Assembly: GCA_964200185.2 (NCBI GenBank)
Contig: CAXNAD020000075.1
Coordinates: 1-32,112, forward strand
DNA from: Choristocarpus tenellus KU-1152
Lineage: Eukaryota > Protista > Phaeophyceae
Length of the DNA stretch: 32,112 nt
Direction: 5' to 3'
Part shown: positions 20,301 through 32,112 of the stretch, one piece after another
How the letters are laid out: each line of letters opens with the position of its first letter
Position numbering within the stretch: position 1 is the first letter of the stretch
Position numbers and translations under genes: made by a program
Notes under the pieces: model-generated
Seen by the model: only the letters and a program-made list of their open reading frames with translations
The model's database searches: none
What the model was told of the DNA's origin: nothing

Positions 20301-23300
20301 AGTCAGCCAGCAATGACTTTTCTTTCTTGAGGGGTCTCTACAAAACTGCACTTCTAGAAAGTGCATGTAAAGGTCATGGGCAGCACTCCATCTCAGCAAC
20401 AAGAAGGATTCCTATGCAGTTTGGAATATTCTCCGCTTGCAAAGATAATTACTAATGGTAGCTATCGCTGTTGTAGATGCAGATTGGTGGATGTTTGTGA
20501 CGGTTATTGTACTGCCCCTATTCCCTTGTGTTATATTTCTGCACTAGTAGCATAATATTTTTATTGCCGTACCCACTCTCCTTGCCTCCACTATTTACAA
20601 AATGTCTCAGAACCAAAAAATACTACTTTTTGTGATATGCAGTTCTATTCCTCTGAAGACTTTTTTTTTGTAAGATTGTACACCTCTCTGTGTTGTGAAT
20701 TTAGGTCACGTCAATGACCACACTACACACCTCCAGCCAGATAGTTTTTCTGTAGGGGATCTGTGCAGTTGTGTGTCTATAAAGATTTTACAACATGCTC
20801 AGATGGTGATTCTGTCCATACCAAAAAAATGACCTTTTGTGATTTAAAAGCTTTGATATTACCAATATTGTATTATGAAGAATAATGATTAGGGTGCTTG
20901 TGTTCAAAGTAGACTCACCTGTCTGCCCAATCACACCTGTTAGACTAAGTCTGTTTTGAGAATGCACTCACGCATCAATTGATACCAGGCCTTAACTAGT
21001 TGATGCCTTCTCATATATCATTGCAATATATATTATAGATGTGTATGTCAGGGCAAGGACAGACCATTCCTTTTTTTATTTGAGGAGAGGAGATTTTGTC
21101 GCCATCTGTTTTTTTGGGGGGGAGATGAGGAACTTCTTATTTAGGAAGAACAGCCTTGCGTAGTGTTTTGTTTTGTGTAGGCCACCAAAAACATCTGTTT
21201 CAAAAGCCAACTCATTTCCTGGTGTTTTAATTATGGTTACAGTTCTGGTCAGTGATATGGCGGTATGGTACAACTTATGAAATAATCCGTTGGTGGTACA
21301 TACGAAATTGCTTGTACTGCTCACAGTATATATCATCAGGTAATACAGTTCGACCAACAGCGGATTTCTTATTTGTTGGAAAGTGAGAAGTTGCAAGACT
21401 AGTTGGCAACCTGTGAAATGCTTCTTTTTTAGAACACTGTTGACTCTCTGAAAAAAAGATGAATGAAAAAAAGGTTCTCTATATTAAGAATTATATTTCA
21501 TTTGATGTGCTACTATGAGTGAAAATAATTATTCTGAATATGTCCACTTTTGTAGCGCACAAGATTGAGTCTGAGAGAAGGATTTTTGTGAAGACAAACA
21601 CCTTCCATTTGCACCCACTTCGTTGTGCGTGGGATTATTTGGGAGGTATGGATGATAATGCCTCTCAGAACACTTGTATTTACTATGAAGGCACACGGAA
21701 GAGAAGAGGGTAATCCTCTATTGCCAATACATCCTTTAAGAAGTGTGTACTTTGTATTGTGGGTGTCGTTTTGAAGTCCTCTTTTTTCCCAAGAGTTGCA
21801 CACAAGAAGCAGTCATGTTTTTAGCTAAAGCGTCTCATGTGTAACCCCTCCCTTGCAGGAGTAGGCCCTGTGAATTCCCCTTTACCCCCCCTCCCCCTGA
21901 CACCGCAAACTACAGACTGTGTACTACTATTGCCTATCAGGACTACCGGGTTTGCTCACATCACGTTGCTTGTCCTCACCAAATCCCCGCTTAACCTTGG
22001 CTCAGCCAATGATCTAGTGTCATTCTATGAGGAGAGTACACATGTCTCTTCTGTTAAATTGGTTTGCTATAGGGCTTGCATGGAATAAGGTGCTTGCTCC
22101 GGTTTTTTTCGTGCAACCCCATCAACTGTCAAAATCAATGATAATCTTTGTGCCGTTATTACGCTGGTACATGTTGATGGTGGTGCCACAGGTATTTGAG
22201 CTCTTTCGACAGAACAAGGGGTCTGTGTACTGTGTGGATATTGACACACAGGGAACGTTAGTTGCCAGTGGTGGCACGGATCGGATGATTCGACTGCTGG
22301 ACCCCAGGGGGGAGGCCAATGGAGGGGGCAAGATCTGTAAGCTTGATGGGCATGGAGACAATGTTCGCTGTGTGAGAATTGATGAGGGGGGGACACGAGT
22401 GGTGAGTTTGACTTTATCGTGACAGTGCTATTGAGAATCATTTCTCTTCTTTCTTGGGTAGCCCAAAAGGGGGGATGGATGAGTTGCTGAAGAATGCTGA
22501 GCTCTGGCATTTGGGCTGCAGCTGAAGTGTCTGCTCAGAGTTGCCTCTTCCTGAGTTGGCAGCTAGCTGTCTTTTGAAGCTTTGATAGTCTTCTTGTCTA
22601 AATGGTAAGGTTTTGCTATGGTTTTGTGTTTTGATGGGGCCTGCCTCAGGTGTCAGGATCAAGTGATGGCACCCTTCGAGTGTGGGATGTTCGTCAGCAA
22701 TGCTGCCTTGGGGTTTACGAGCTCCCAGCAGGGTCTGTGTGGGCTATACATCCCAGGTACAGATACGATGGGAGTTCATAAAAGACAAGCTTTACTCACA
22801 CAGATGTTGTCAACAACGTGTGGATATACAAAATCGCTCTTTATCCTATGTCATGATTCAAGCGCTGGCTGCTCCTTGGAAATCCTTTTGAGGACGCCCT
22901 GCTGATAACCTTTCCTAGTTTTGTTTGGCTTCCCCAAGGGGTCGTACCCTGTCTGTCTAGATGCTTTCCAGATATCTCCACAGCATGCTTCCTGCTTCCT
23001 GGGGAACTTTCCAAAATGTCTCACACTGTACTCAAATTATAGTCATTACACCATTATCATTCCCAGGGGGAACACAACACAATTCAGCAGTGCCTTTCAT
23101 AAGCTGAGCCTGGTTGCCCTTTGCACTCATGTTGAAATTGACCCCTGACAAGATCTTATTTTCAAAATTACACAAAATCCAGTTGCTCTACCTCTTGTCT
23201 GACCCTAACAAAATTATCCCAATCCTTCGATTTCATGTCCCCTTTGCCCCTAACTGTACTTGGCGAATGGAAAGATCACACGTATTTTTATTCCACTTTT

Positions 23301-26300
23301 TAGGTTTGTTGTGAGTGTATTGATACTGCCATGTGCTATGTAGATATAGATTCACAACAGGCTGTGTACATGACTGTATGCCCCTTGTGCTCCACTTCTA
23401 GTCACCCAAATTTGCGTTGTCTGTCTCTTGGGTAGTGACGATTTTTGTCCCCCATGCCAACCCTTCCACCACTTGGCTGCCCCTCCCCCCCTAGTCCATG
23501 TGACTCAGATGTGTACTACAGCGGAGGCCTTGGGAGGCGTGTATTTAGAACAGACTTCACTACGGGCTGCAGCTCATTAGTGTGTGTTGCCAAGGCGGAA
23601 GTGCTGGACCTGTCTATAGAATGTGGTGAGTGCCATGTGATCATGTGTTGAATATGATATGCTTCAGCTTTTTGCTATTTTTTTATTGCTTTGGATATAT
23701 TTTGTAGAGTGACGTGGTCTGTGTTACCTTTGTTTCCTTGATTGTGTGTGTGGACCTTCCTCCATGCACCACATCATGGGCATCTTGACTCTCCTTTTTT
23801 CTAGTCTCTTGTGGACTGTATAATAGGAGGTTTTGCAATTGGCATTTGGAGGGGTGGAGGGTCAATCCCCTGCCCCATGCTTTGGACCTCGGTGTAGTCT
23901 GTGTATTTCAAGATTGTCCCCTATTCTAAAATATGCAATGATAGATACCCTAAGCCCTTGTTTGGCAACCCCTCCCCCTCTCTCGAAAATATAGTTAGGG
24001 GACAAGAAAAAGTTACAAGTGTGGAGAGTGGCAATGACAATGGGATGAGCCATAAGCCATTAGCAATGTGGCTCTCCTGCACCAGGCCAGAAGTGTCCCT
24101 TTGGGGATGTGGTAAGCAGGGGGAGAGGCTGAGGACGGGTTCGGCTGTGGGTGAATTTGTGCGTGAAGGTGGTGTGGAAGGGTCAAGCATGGCACTGCTG
24201 AAGGAGCCGTATATGGTTATCCCAGGCCAGCCTGGTGTGGTAAGGCACCACTTTCTCAACAACAGGTGTGGAAGGGAGAGTGAGAAGGGGAAGGAAGAGG
24301 GGAGGGGGGGGAGAGATTTTTATGGCATGGTAGGGTTTTTATTGTTTTTGACTTGGTGTAATTGTAGAGTTAATCCTTAAGGAATTTTTGGAAGAAGGAA
24401 ATTGTGAAAAATGAGCGTAAGTGTTCATTTTATTTTTAATAGTTACTAGTGAATTTGGAATAGTAATACGCATGCATGTATGTAACCCAACATGCATGTG
24501 TCTGGGAAACAGGCGGCATGTGCTGACTGAGGATGATGCAAGTCCTCCAAATATAGGGTTGTGGGATGTCACCAAGGGAAAACAGGTATGGAATCCTGAT
24601 CATAGGAAGCGGTTTCGTGGTTGAAGAAGGGTGTTTTGTTAAGAGTTGTTTGTGATCGGTGAGGTATTTGGGATTAGACTGCGACTGTTGAGTGATACAA
24701 ATCCAATGTGCCCGTAATGGGGGAACAGTGTGGTTGGAGGGAAAGATGAGTGCCCTGCGATATGCAAGCAGCTGTGATTTGTTATAGTAGAGGGGTAAAG
24801 GGGAGAGTGCTTGTGGAGAGTTTGAAATTGAAACTATGCATAGAACAGATCTGGTTTATTTTTTCGTGATGTCTGTCACCTATCCTGTCTACTCAGGTGG
24901 AGGAGTATCCCCCAGGCACAATGATGGAGGAGAAGGCTAAGGAGCTGCTAGAGCTTATAGCGGTCCGCCCCTGGTTTAGTGTGGACACGCACCTAGGAAC
25001 ACCTGTTGTGTCTCTTTCAGAGACAAACGCCTTCGATGGAGAGCTCTATGCTGTAGACGCCTCCCGGGATCACAACCCTCCACATAGCAGATCACCAACT
25101 GGCCATGGGGAAGGGGGGGGAGGATGTCACGGAGAAGATGAAAATGGGCACCGCAGCGGGGGAGGCTCAGGGGAGGGGCAATCAAAAAGGGGGAGAGGGA
25201 ATGGTGGAGCCCTTGTACGCTCCTCTGCCCATAGTGAAGTCAAGGTGGGTTGTGAATTGGAACGTGCTGTTCTTATTGAGATACATGGGGCAGGGGGGAA
25301 AGGACTCAACAGGTGACATCATGCAGAGAGTTTGGGGTATGTTACGGGGGCAGTGTTGGAGGGTGTCAGTTACAGAAACTCAATTATATCTATTGTTGCT
25401 CTTAGTACTGTAGTGATTTCAGTATGAGTAGACCTAACTCTATGAAGGGTTATAAACCAGCCCTGCCCACTTTGCTATATAGTTGGTTAAAGGTTTTGCA
25501 TCAATAACTGTAAAATATCCTTGCTCAAGACAGAATTCTTATCATTATGCATAGGACCATCTTTGTTTTGAGGGTTCAAACAAATTATAGTATCTACCTA
25601 GTTCAAAAATTATGTTATCTCAATATCAAAATATAAGATTGTACAAAGTCAGCAGCTTCAGGAGGCTTCATACCGCCTTGCAGTTTTTGCACAGCTTTTT
25701 CTCATTTCTATAAACCACCTACTCCCAAAATTTTTCTTTATTTAAATGGAAACATCCTGTTGATGACGGGTTAAAGTTGAAGCAAGTGCCTTTAGCTGAA
25801 GTTGTGAGTTGCCTTGGTGGGGTGTTGTCATTGTAAACTTGACTTCTACCAATTGCATTTATATCATAGAAGTGCATCTCTAGCGCAAATTGAGTTTTCT
25901 TCCCTTTGCCCCTTTGATCTGGTCTACACCTTTACTAGCCTACTAATTAGTAAACCTAAGCTGTATTTGCACCATCAAGAAACTGTACATCAGGTGCCTT
26001 TGTCATTTCTGTTTGTTTTTTGAGGATGCATTTATATATGTATTATGTGAGTGCGTGCTGACAAGCAGGGAAGTGGTGAACAGAATGCACCTTCTCTTAA
26101 CTTGAGGTATGTTGGAACCGATTGTCTGTAAAGCAATTGGGTACCACCCATGACAGCTAAATGTTGTCAAATAGAAAGTACATGGGGCTACAGGTTTTTA
26201 GTGTGGTAGAAGGAAATTGGCGCAAGACAATCTTGTTCCTTTTGACAGTCATCTGGAGATTTTGGAAGTCCTACAAAAAAAGAGGTTCTCATACATCCCA

Positions 26301-29300
26301 AATTCTGTTTCAAGAGATGGGAACAAGATTGATTCTCCTTCAATTAATATGATCAATTGGGTGTGTTTGTACCATTGAAGTTTTAGAATTGTTATTATTG
26401 CATTTTTTTTTTGTTGAAATGCAAAATGGAAAAATTTAATTCTTTTTGATTGAACAAAAGTGTTTTGTTGAAGTTAAAAATAAATGCTTTGCTACCTGTT
26501 CAAGGGGGCTCAGGGATTGTGATGTAGTTTCACTGGAGATTGGCATCTAAGTGGGTGTTTGTTATGTCTGCACAAACTGTTTGCCTACACAAAGGGTATC
26601 TCTTTTTCTCCTGGCTATTTTGTAAAACGGATGCAAACATCAAAGGGAGCACTCTATTGGTTGAGGTGTGGCTTTTTATTTGAAGGTTGGGGTAGAGTTG
26701 TCATCATGGAGAATGTGCAATTGTATGAGCTTTCCCAACAGCACCAGCCAATTTGCTTGTTGTGTCCTTAGTATTGATGATGATCATACTCTCTTCATCT
26801 GCATATAACTGTAATTTATTTTTAAACAGTTAGGGTAGAGAGAGGATGGGGAAGTGAAAAGCCACTCCCTCCAGGGTCAAGACCAAAATGTTCATCTTTG
26901 ACCCATGAAACTGCCTTGCCATTCTGCTTTCGTTTTACTCCATGCTCTCCACCCACCCACACAGAGTGACACTTACTAACAGCACAATGTAACCTCTCCC
27001 CTCCCCCTCTCCCCTCTCCACTCCCTCCATACTACGGTTTTTATTTCCATACCACAAATGCACACCTGCCCGTTCAACATTTTTGCATGGTCACATGGTG
27101 TTGAAAGGTAAACCTGGGTGAGGGTGTGCTACGGGGGCTCTTTAGTCGGTGGCGCGAACGCCGACTCCAGCTGGTAGCTGGGGGAGACATTACCCCATCC
27201 TCTTCTGCCTCTAGTCACAATCGTAGAGGAGGTGGAGGGGGGCAGGGGGGTGGGGGTCATGGTCGACAGGGGAGCTATTCCACAGGTGGGAGCTATGATG
27301 AGGACTACGATGAGGAAGAGGAGGAAGAGGAGGATGAACAGGATAGGGATGAATGGGACAAAGAGGGCTCTGGAGTAGGGTCTGACTCTGGTGGAGAGAG
27401 AGGTGATGGTGATAGTACAGGACAGTGGTCAAGTACAGGAGGGTCGAGTACAGGAGGGCGGCGGAAAGATGGGGAGGGGGGGAGGGGAGGTGGGGTGTCA
27501 TTGAAGGGGGGGGGGGCAGGGACAGGGCAGAGACGAGGGGGGAGGGGAATTGGAGACAATGCTGTCTTGTGGGTGACTGAGACAGAGCATGGGGGGGAGG
27601 GCAGGGAGCGCACACTGCTGCACAGGAGGGTGGGGGAGTTTGATGGGAGAGAGGTGAGTTTTGTATCGTGTTTGTTTACCCTCTGTTGAAATCGTGTTGG
27701 TCCCCACTTTGGGTCATGCTGAAGGGATGGATGGGAGAGGATGGAGAGGAAATGTTTGTCAGATGGTTAGCGATGTGTATCACTGAGTAGTGAGGACTAA
27801 TTGGTAGGTTGTACTTTTGGGAGTAGTGGCGGTTAGGGTCCTGTGTGTATCTGCTTATTTTCAGAATCGCTATGATACAACATCGTTGTATCTATCAAAG
27901 GTTGTCTGACTTGCACTTGCAACTACCTCTTTGACAGAAGAAATGCCCCCCTGCCATTGCCCCTTGCACCGCCCATACCAACCTTCTTTTTTTAACCATC
28001 TCATATTCCCTTTGTATGTACCACAGGGTGACGAGTACATCCCTCAGTGGGTGAGGGACTGTGTTATGCATGGTGATTTTCATACTAAAGAACAGTCCAA
28101 GATTCCCTTCTTCCTTGTCCCATGGTCTTCAACATCTGTGTCAGCAATGGGGGGGGGTGAGAGTGGGGGAGAGCAGGCCGTGCCATCCAAGGGCCTTCCA
28201 CCAAACATGCGATACACTGCCCCAGCACAGATGCGTGTGTGTAAGGTGGGTTTCTACTCCTGTCAGGCATATTTTGTTTGACTTCAAACCTTGGAGCTTG
28301 GTGCTAGTTTTTGTTGTGTTTTTTTTGTCAGTGTTGGGGTGAGATGATTCTTTGACTGAGGCATTGTTTATGTACAACCAGGTTGTTAGGTATGTCCTGA
28401 CAAGCTGGAAGTAACTTGATCCTGCAACAATATTCATCGGATTGTTCTTACTTGGCCTCGTTGTAAGCTTGTCAACAGGACACAAGACCCAATTACTCTG
28501 TAGCTGCATAATATAGACAAATGTTGCTCCCTGTGCCCTACTAGGTCATGTCATGTTGTAGTTGCTTGACTGGTCACTTTGTGGATATGTTTGTGATTCA
28601 TTCAGATCACACCAAAAAAAACATGATATAAGAAATGTATCCATCACCAACAGGTCAACAGGTTAAATGTGTGATGAATAGTGGGTGTTGGTAAGAACAT
28701 CTATGTACTGCAGTATGATAATGATAAGAATTAAAATTAGGGCAAGTTGCAGGGGAAATCCATCCTATTAGTTACGTGGATTAGTGTTGTGTTTGGCACT
28801 CCTATATTTTTCATGTGTTTGTTTATTGACCTTACCTGCTTAACATGACACACCACTTGATCGTTGTCGCCTTGGAACTGCTTCATTGATTTATGCCAAA
28901 GTGCCTCACAAGACCACTTTTCCTCTAATCTCAATCTATCACATGTGTATATCCACATACATCAACATACAATAGGTGATCGCTTATGTATTATCTCATG
29001 ATGAGTGCAGCCAACACCTGGAGCGAAGAGTCTCCCGGAATGACGAGGGGGCTGGGGAGGGGTCTAGCAAGCGAGCACCTGAAGACACAGTTGAGGTGCT
29101 GTGTGGGGACCGGGTTGTGGAGGCGCATCTCTACCTGGGTGAGGAGGACAGGGGTGATCTTTTGTTTGGCTTGAGAAGACTTTCTTAGTTTTTATCTTGT
29201 TTGAAGTATAAGCATTTTCTTAGTTGCAGGTGGGCACAGCTGACGATGGGTCCATTGTGAGACACCACCAACTTGTAGTGAATTACATGTACAAATTGCC

Positions 29301-30609
29301 AAGTTGCAGTTTTGTTGGATTCCAAAGTCTCTAAGATTTGCACTCTATATATTTTTTAAGCGCTCTTAGTAACCGCTTTTGTATCACCTGTCCTCACATT
29401 TGCAGTAAAACTGTATCACCAGTTGTTCCTGACGTCTACTATATGCTCCTCTGAAGTATCATCTCATGTGCGGTTTTTGTACCATGAATAGCTACATACA
29501 ATATGCCCTCTCATAGCGAGGCATTTTATGAAATGGTATTGGGATAGCTAGGATTGACCAGGGTTTCATCTTGTACGTTTTTGAGCAGAGGATGTTGACT
29601 TATAGATAGCTGTGTACAGGAGCATCTAATCTCTGTGTCACCTTCACCTTTTCCTGGCATTCCCCCACAAGGTGTCTTTTCCACTCTTGCCTCTCTGTAG
29701 TAGCACAGTATGGTGTGGATCAGTTTGGTGTTTCTCGTTTGCCAAGCTCTTAGCAAGAGGAGCTGCAGGTTGTATATCAGGCATACAAGATCTGCTTGTG
29801 TGTACATAGAGCAACTTGACGAGTGTTATCTCTGTGTAGCCTCTCTTCGACTCATAGAGCTGACGTTTTGGCCTCTGCAATTGTGCTGAGTTCTGTCTCT
29901 CTGTTGTTTGCCTGCAAAATTCATGGAAAACATTGGTTGATTTCAGCACTCTGTGGATTGTCTTCGGGGAGATTTTTGGTGTGCAAGAGAGCACTATCTT
30001 TGTCGCAACAGTTCAGAGCATTTTTTTACTCCAGGGTATATATAGTAGTCGGAATTGGAGGGATCTCAAAAGCAGTATTTTTTTTGTCTTCAGTTCAAAG
30101 AGCTACAGTACTAAACAAACAGAAGGTGAACGACAAGTGGAACAATATCAGTCACGAAGGGAGTGTAGAGTTGTAGTTCTATTCTGTTCATCTTACAAAA
30201 TTTGCATGAAAGCACTGCTGGTAAGAGATCTGGGCTATCACACAGTAGTAGCAGTCATAGTGGTTGGTTTGTTGGACGACTCAAACAGCACTACTGCACT
30301 TAATCAGTTCACCCTGAGAGCCGATGCCCATGCATGATGGGGGGGAAATACATACTTGACTAAGAAGGATTGACAGAGTTTTGTATGAGCACTGGGTGTG
30401 TAACTTCATGAGTGTGTACAGCAAATATGATGCGTTATCAAAAGTGTTCAGATATGCTTGGCACATGCAAGGTCATATTTGTTATCCCTATTGATTATTT
30501 TTATACTTAGGCCTGACAGTGTTTTCCCGCGTCATTATCCTCAGGTGCAATTCAACAGTACATTTGGAGCAGCAGTGGAACCATGGTCCTCAAATATCGG
30601 TCTCGATGA
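17344..30609 (+). CDS. WDR48: WD repeat protein 48 / USP1-associated factor UAF1 (deubiquitinase activator; WD40 propeller plus C-terminal ancillary/SUMO-like region), 13 exons, ~1046 aa
   Basis: Exons: 17344-17584 (upstream in-frame ATG at 17311 possible), 17920-18288, 18864-19261, 22192-22401, 22650-22756, 23495-23625, 23995-24265, 24513-24585, 24897-25244, 27108-27653, 28027-28245, 28976-29138, 30545-30609. All are GT-AG with consistent phases, 3141 nt including TGA. WDR48-type motifs: RKRRLVKY..HRFGVN..SAGRDGVIRRW, SHTDWV, GHGDYVKCLAY, GSVYCV..GTLVASGGTDRMIRLLDPR..KICKLDGHGDNVR, SGSSDGTLRVWDVRQQCC, IPGQPGVVRHHFLNNRRHVLT, LWDVTKG, RPWFSVDTHLG, VNLGEGVLRGLFSRW, IPQWVRDCV..KIPFFLVP, VEVLCGD, LGAIQQYIWSSSGTMVLKYR. 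Confidence 0.93.
29640..29850 (-). mobile_element. Possible decayed Ty1/copia reverse-transcriptase C-terminal fragment in the last WDR48 intron
   Basis: The minus-strand ORF contains LVKLLYVHTSRSCMPDIQPAAPLAK, resembling the copia RT motif (V.KLLY/F....RPDI..AV..L). Judged by eye only. Confidence 0.25.
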
Positions 30610-32112
30610 CTGCTGTTGTTGGAGTTGCAGAGTTGAAGTGCCTTTTTTTATTGAGAGGACCCCTCTAGTTATTGCCTCCTGTTTTTAGGGATAGCATTAG
30701 CAGCCTAATTGCAACCCTAAGTGGGATACCTTGACAGGTAAACAGGAAGTAGGTTGGGATGGGGGAAAGGTAGGGAATGGGGGAAACAGTGAACCAAATG
30801 GGATTAGGTTGGGGTTGGGGCAGGCCATGTGCTGGTGACACACATGCTGCATGACCTGACTTCTTCCTTTTTGGTACACAGGAGATCTTTGAACCAATTG
30901 TGACTGTTTGTTCTAGGTGTTGTGAACAGAACGGTGATGCAGTCAGATTTACGGTGTGAGGTCTTTGAGCCTGACCTGATAGTGCTCTTTTTTATACTGG
31001 ATACGGTAAGATGATAATGAGATTTTACTTTTTACTGGAGTGCGAGCTGGTCGTGGTAGATGAAGGAAAGGCTATACGTGATAAGGGTCACATCATTATA
31101 ATTTGAAATATGAGAGCAAACTATGATAAACAAAACCCCTCCAACAGGTATTGCTAACTCATTAGATTTATCAATATTGTGACGGTTTTCTAGGAAATTT
31201 CCCTACACCTCTTCATGGATCCATTGCTTTGTCCCGAGGAAGGTACAAAATTTGGTGGGAGCCAAAATGTTGCCTGCTTGGTGGTTGCAGTGGACTGGGG
31301 CACGTAGAGTTTTAACTGGTCAAGACGTGTGAAACCACTGATGCTGGCCAGTGATCTTCCTTTGTACCTACCTGCTGAGGACAGGTCTTGTGAATTTTAA
31401 ACTAGAAATTGTACTTTTGGTGGGCATTCCGTAATACTTGTGTACAAATCTGGTCACAGAATGAATATAATATTTATTACGATCCAGCAACCTCAAGCGG
31501 AGGTAATTATTCTGTGAATAGTGAGGCGAAGATGATTTTCTTCAAGATCACAAAGCTAAGAGATGAATCAAGAGAGTACAATCAGTGTCATCAAGGTTAG
31601 GGCTAGAGATAGGGTTAATGACGACACCAATACACTCTGCAGACAATTGTCCACCTGAAGCAAATAGCCGACATTGCTCCTAGATAAGGCGTACTCAGTT
31701 TCTCAGGTACGTTCTGACTGAAGCAAGAGGCAATAGTGTCATTTGGAGTGTGTGCATGAATGAAGTGGTACATTGCACCTACCTGTAGAACTACCAGTGA
31801 CAAGGACCCAACAAGCTTGCTGGAACACTTCAACTATTTTAGAGAGAAGAGAGGCAGGGTTGCTTGCCTGGCAACCACTGTCAAACTTGCCTATCTGTCG
31901 TGTTATTAATACCGTAAGCGATTTTTTTTTACTACCCAGGTCTACGAAGAAGCTATGGTAGATTTTTCCTAACCTTCCCTTCGTAGTCAATCCTAGGATG
32001 AGAGGTAACTGTCAATAGTAAAGAAGTCTTTCCTCCTGTTGACTGACTGAGAAGAAGTGATATTTTCCCATATTATTAAGTTATTTATCAATTATTGCTA
32101 TCGTCTCCAAGT

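Noticed and set aside
27211-27707. Pro/Ser-rich minus-strand ORFs
   Set aside because: These are shadow frames of the G-rich WDR48 exon 27108-27653.
1-32112. Prokaryotic-type features (operons, CRISPR, rRNA, tRNA, defence systems)
   Set aside because: The sequence is eukaryotic with spliceosomal introns. No tRNA cloverleaf, rRNA signature or repeat-spacer array was found by eye.

Overview
Eukaryotic, intron-rich genomic DNA (all GT-AG introns). Gene style, Gly/Ser-rich insertions and scattered TTAGGG motifs suggest a stramenopile, possibly a brown-algal lineage; this is inference only. Three protein-coding genes were rebuilt by hand with matching splice phases. (1) An RCC1-repeat beta-propeller protein on the minus strand: ATG 8993, 8 exons down to ~623, probably running off the left edge. 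(2) Mitochondrial OXA1/YidC insertase on the plus strand: 9332-12647, 5 exons, ~485 aa, head-to-head with the RCC1 gene 338 bp away. (3) WDR48/UAF1 on the plus strand: 17344-30609, 13 exons, ~1046 aa. Most ORFs in the supplied track are intronic, antisense or shadow ORFs. The most notable unexplained signals are: a CpG-island-like pattern (CpG-rich at the two promoter regions, strongly depleted in gene bodies and introns); a candidate spliced orphan gene, pseudogene or lncRNA on the minus strand at ~14.3-17.1 kb, divergent from WDR48; a ~200-bp intronic segment bounded by inverted telomere-like repeats; and several decayed TE- or virus-like coding fragments in introns. I found no rRNA, tRNA or CRISPR array, and nothing I can firmly call a new multi-gene system.
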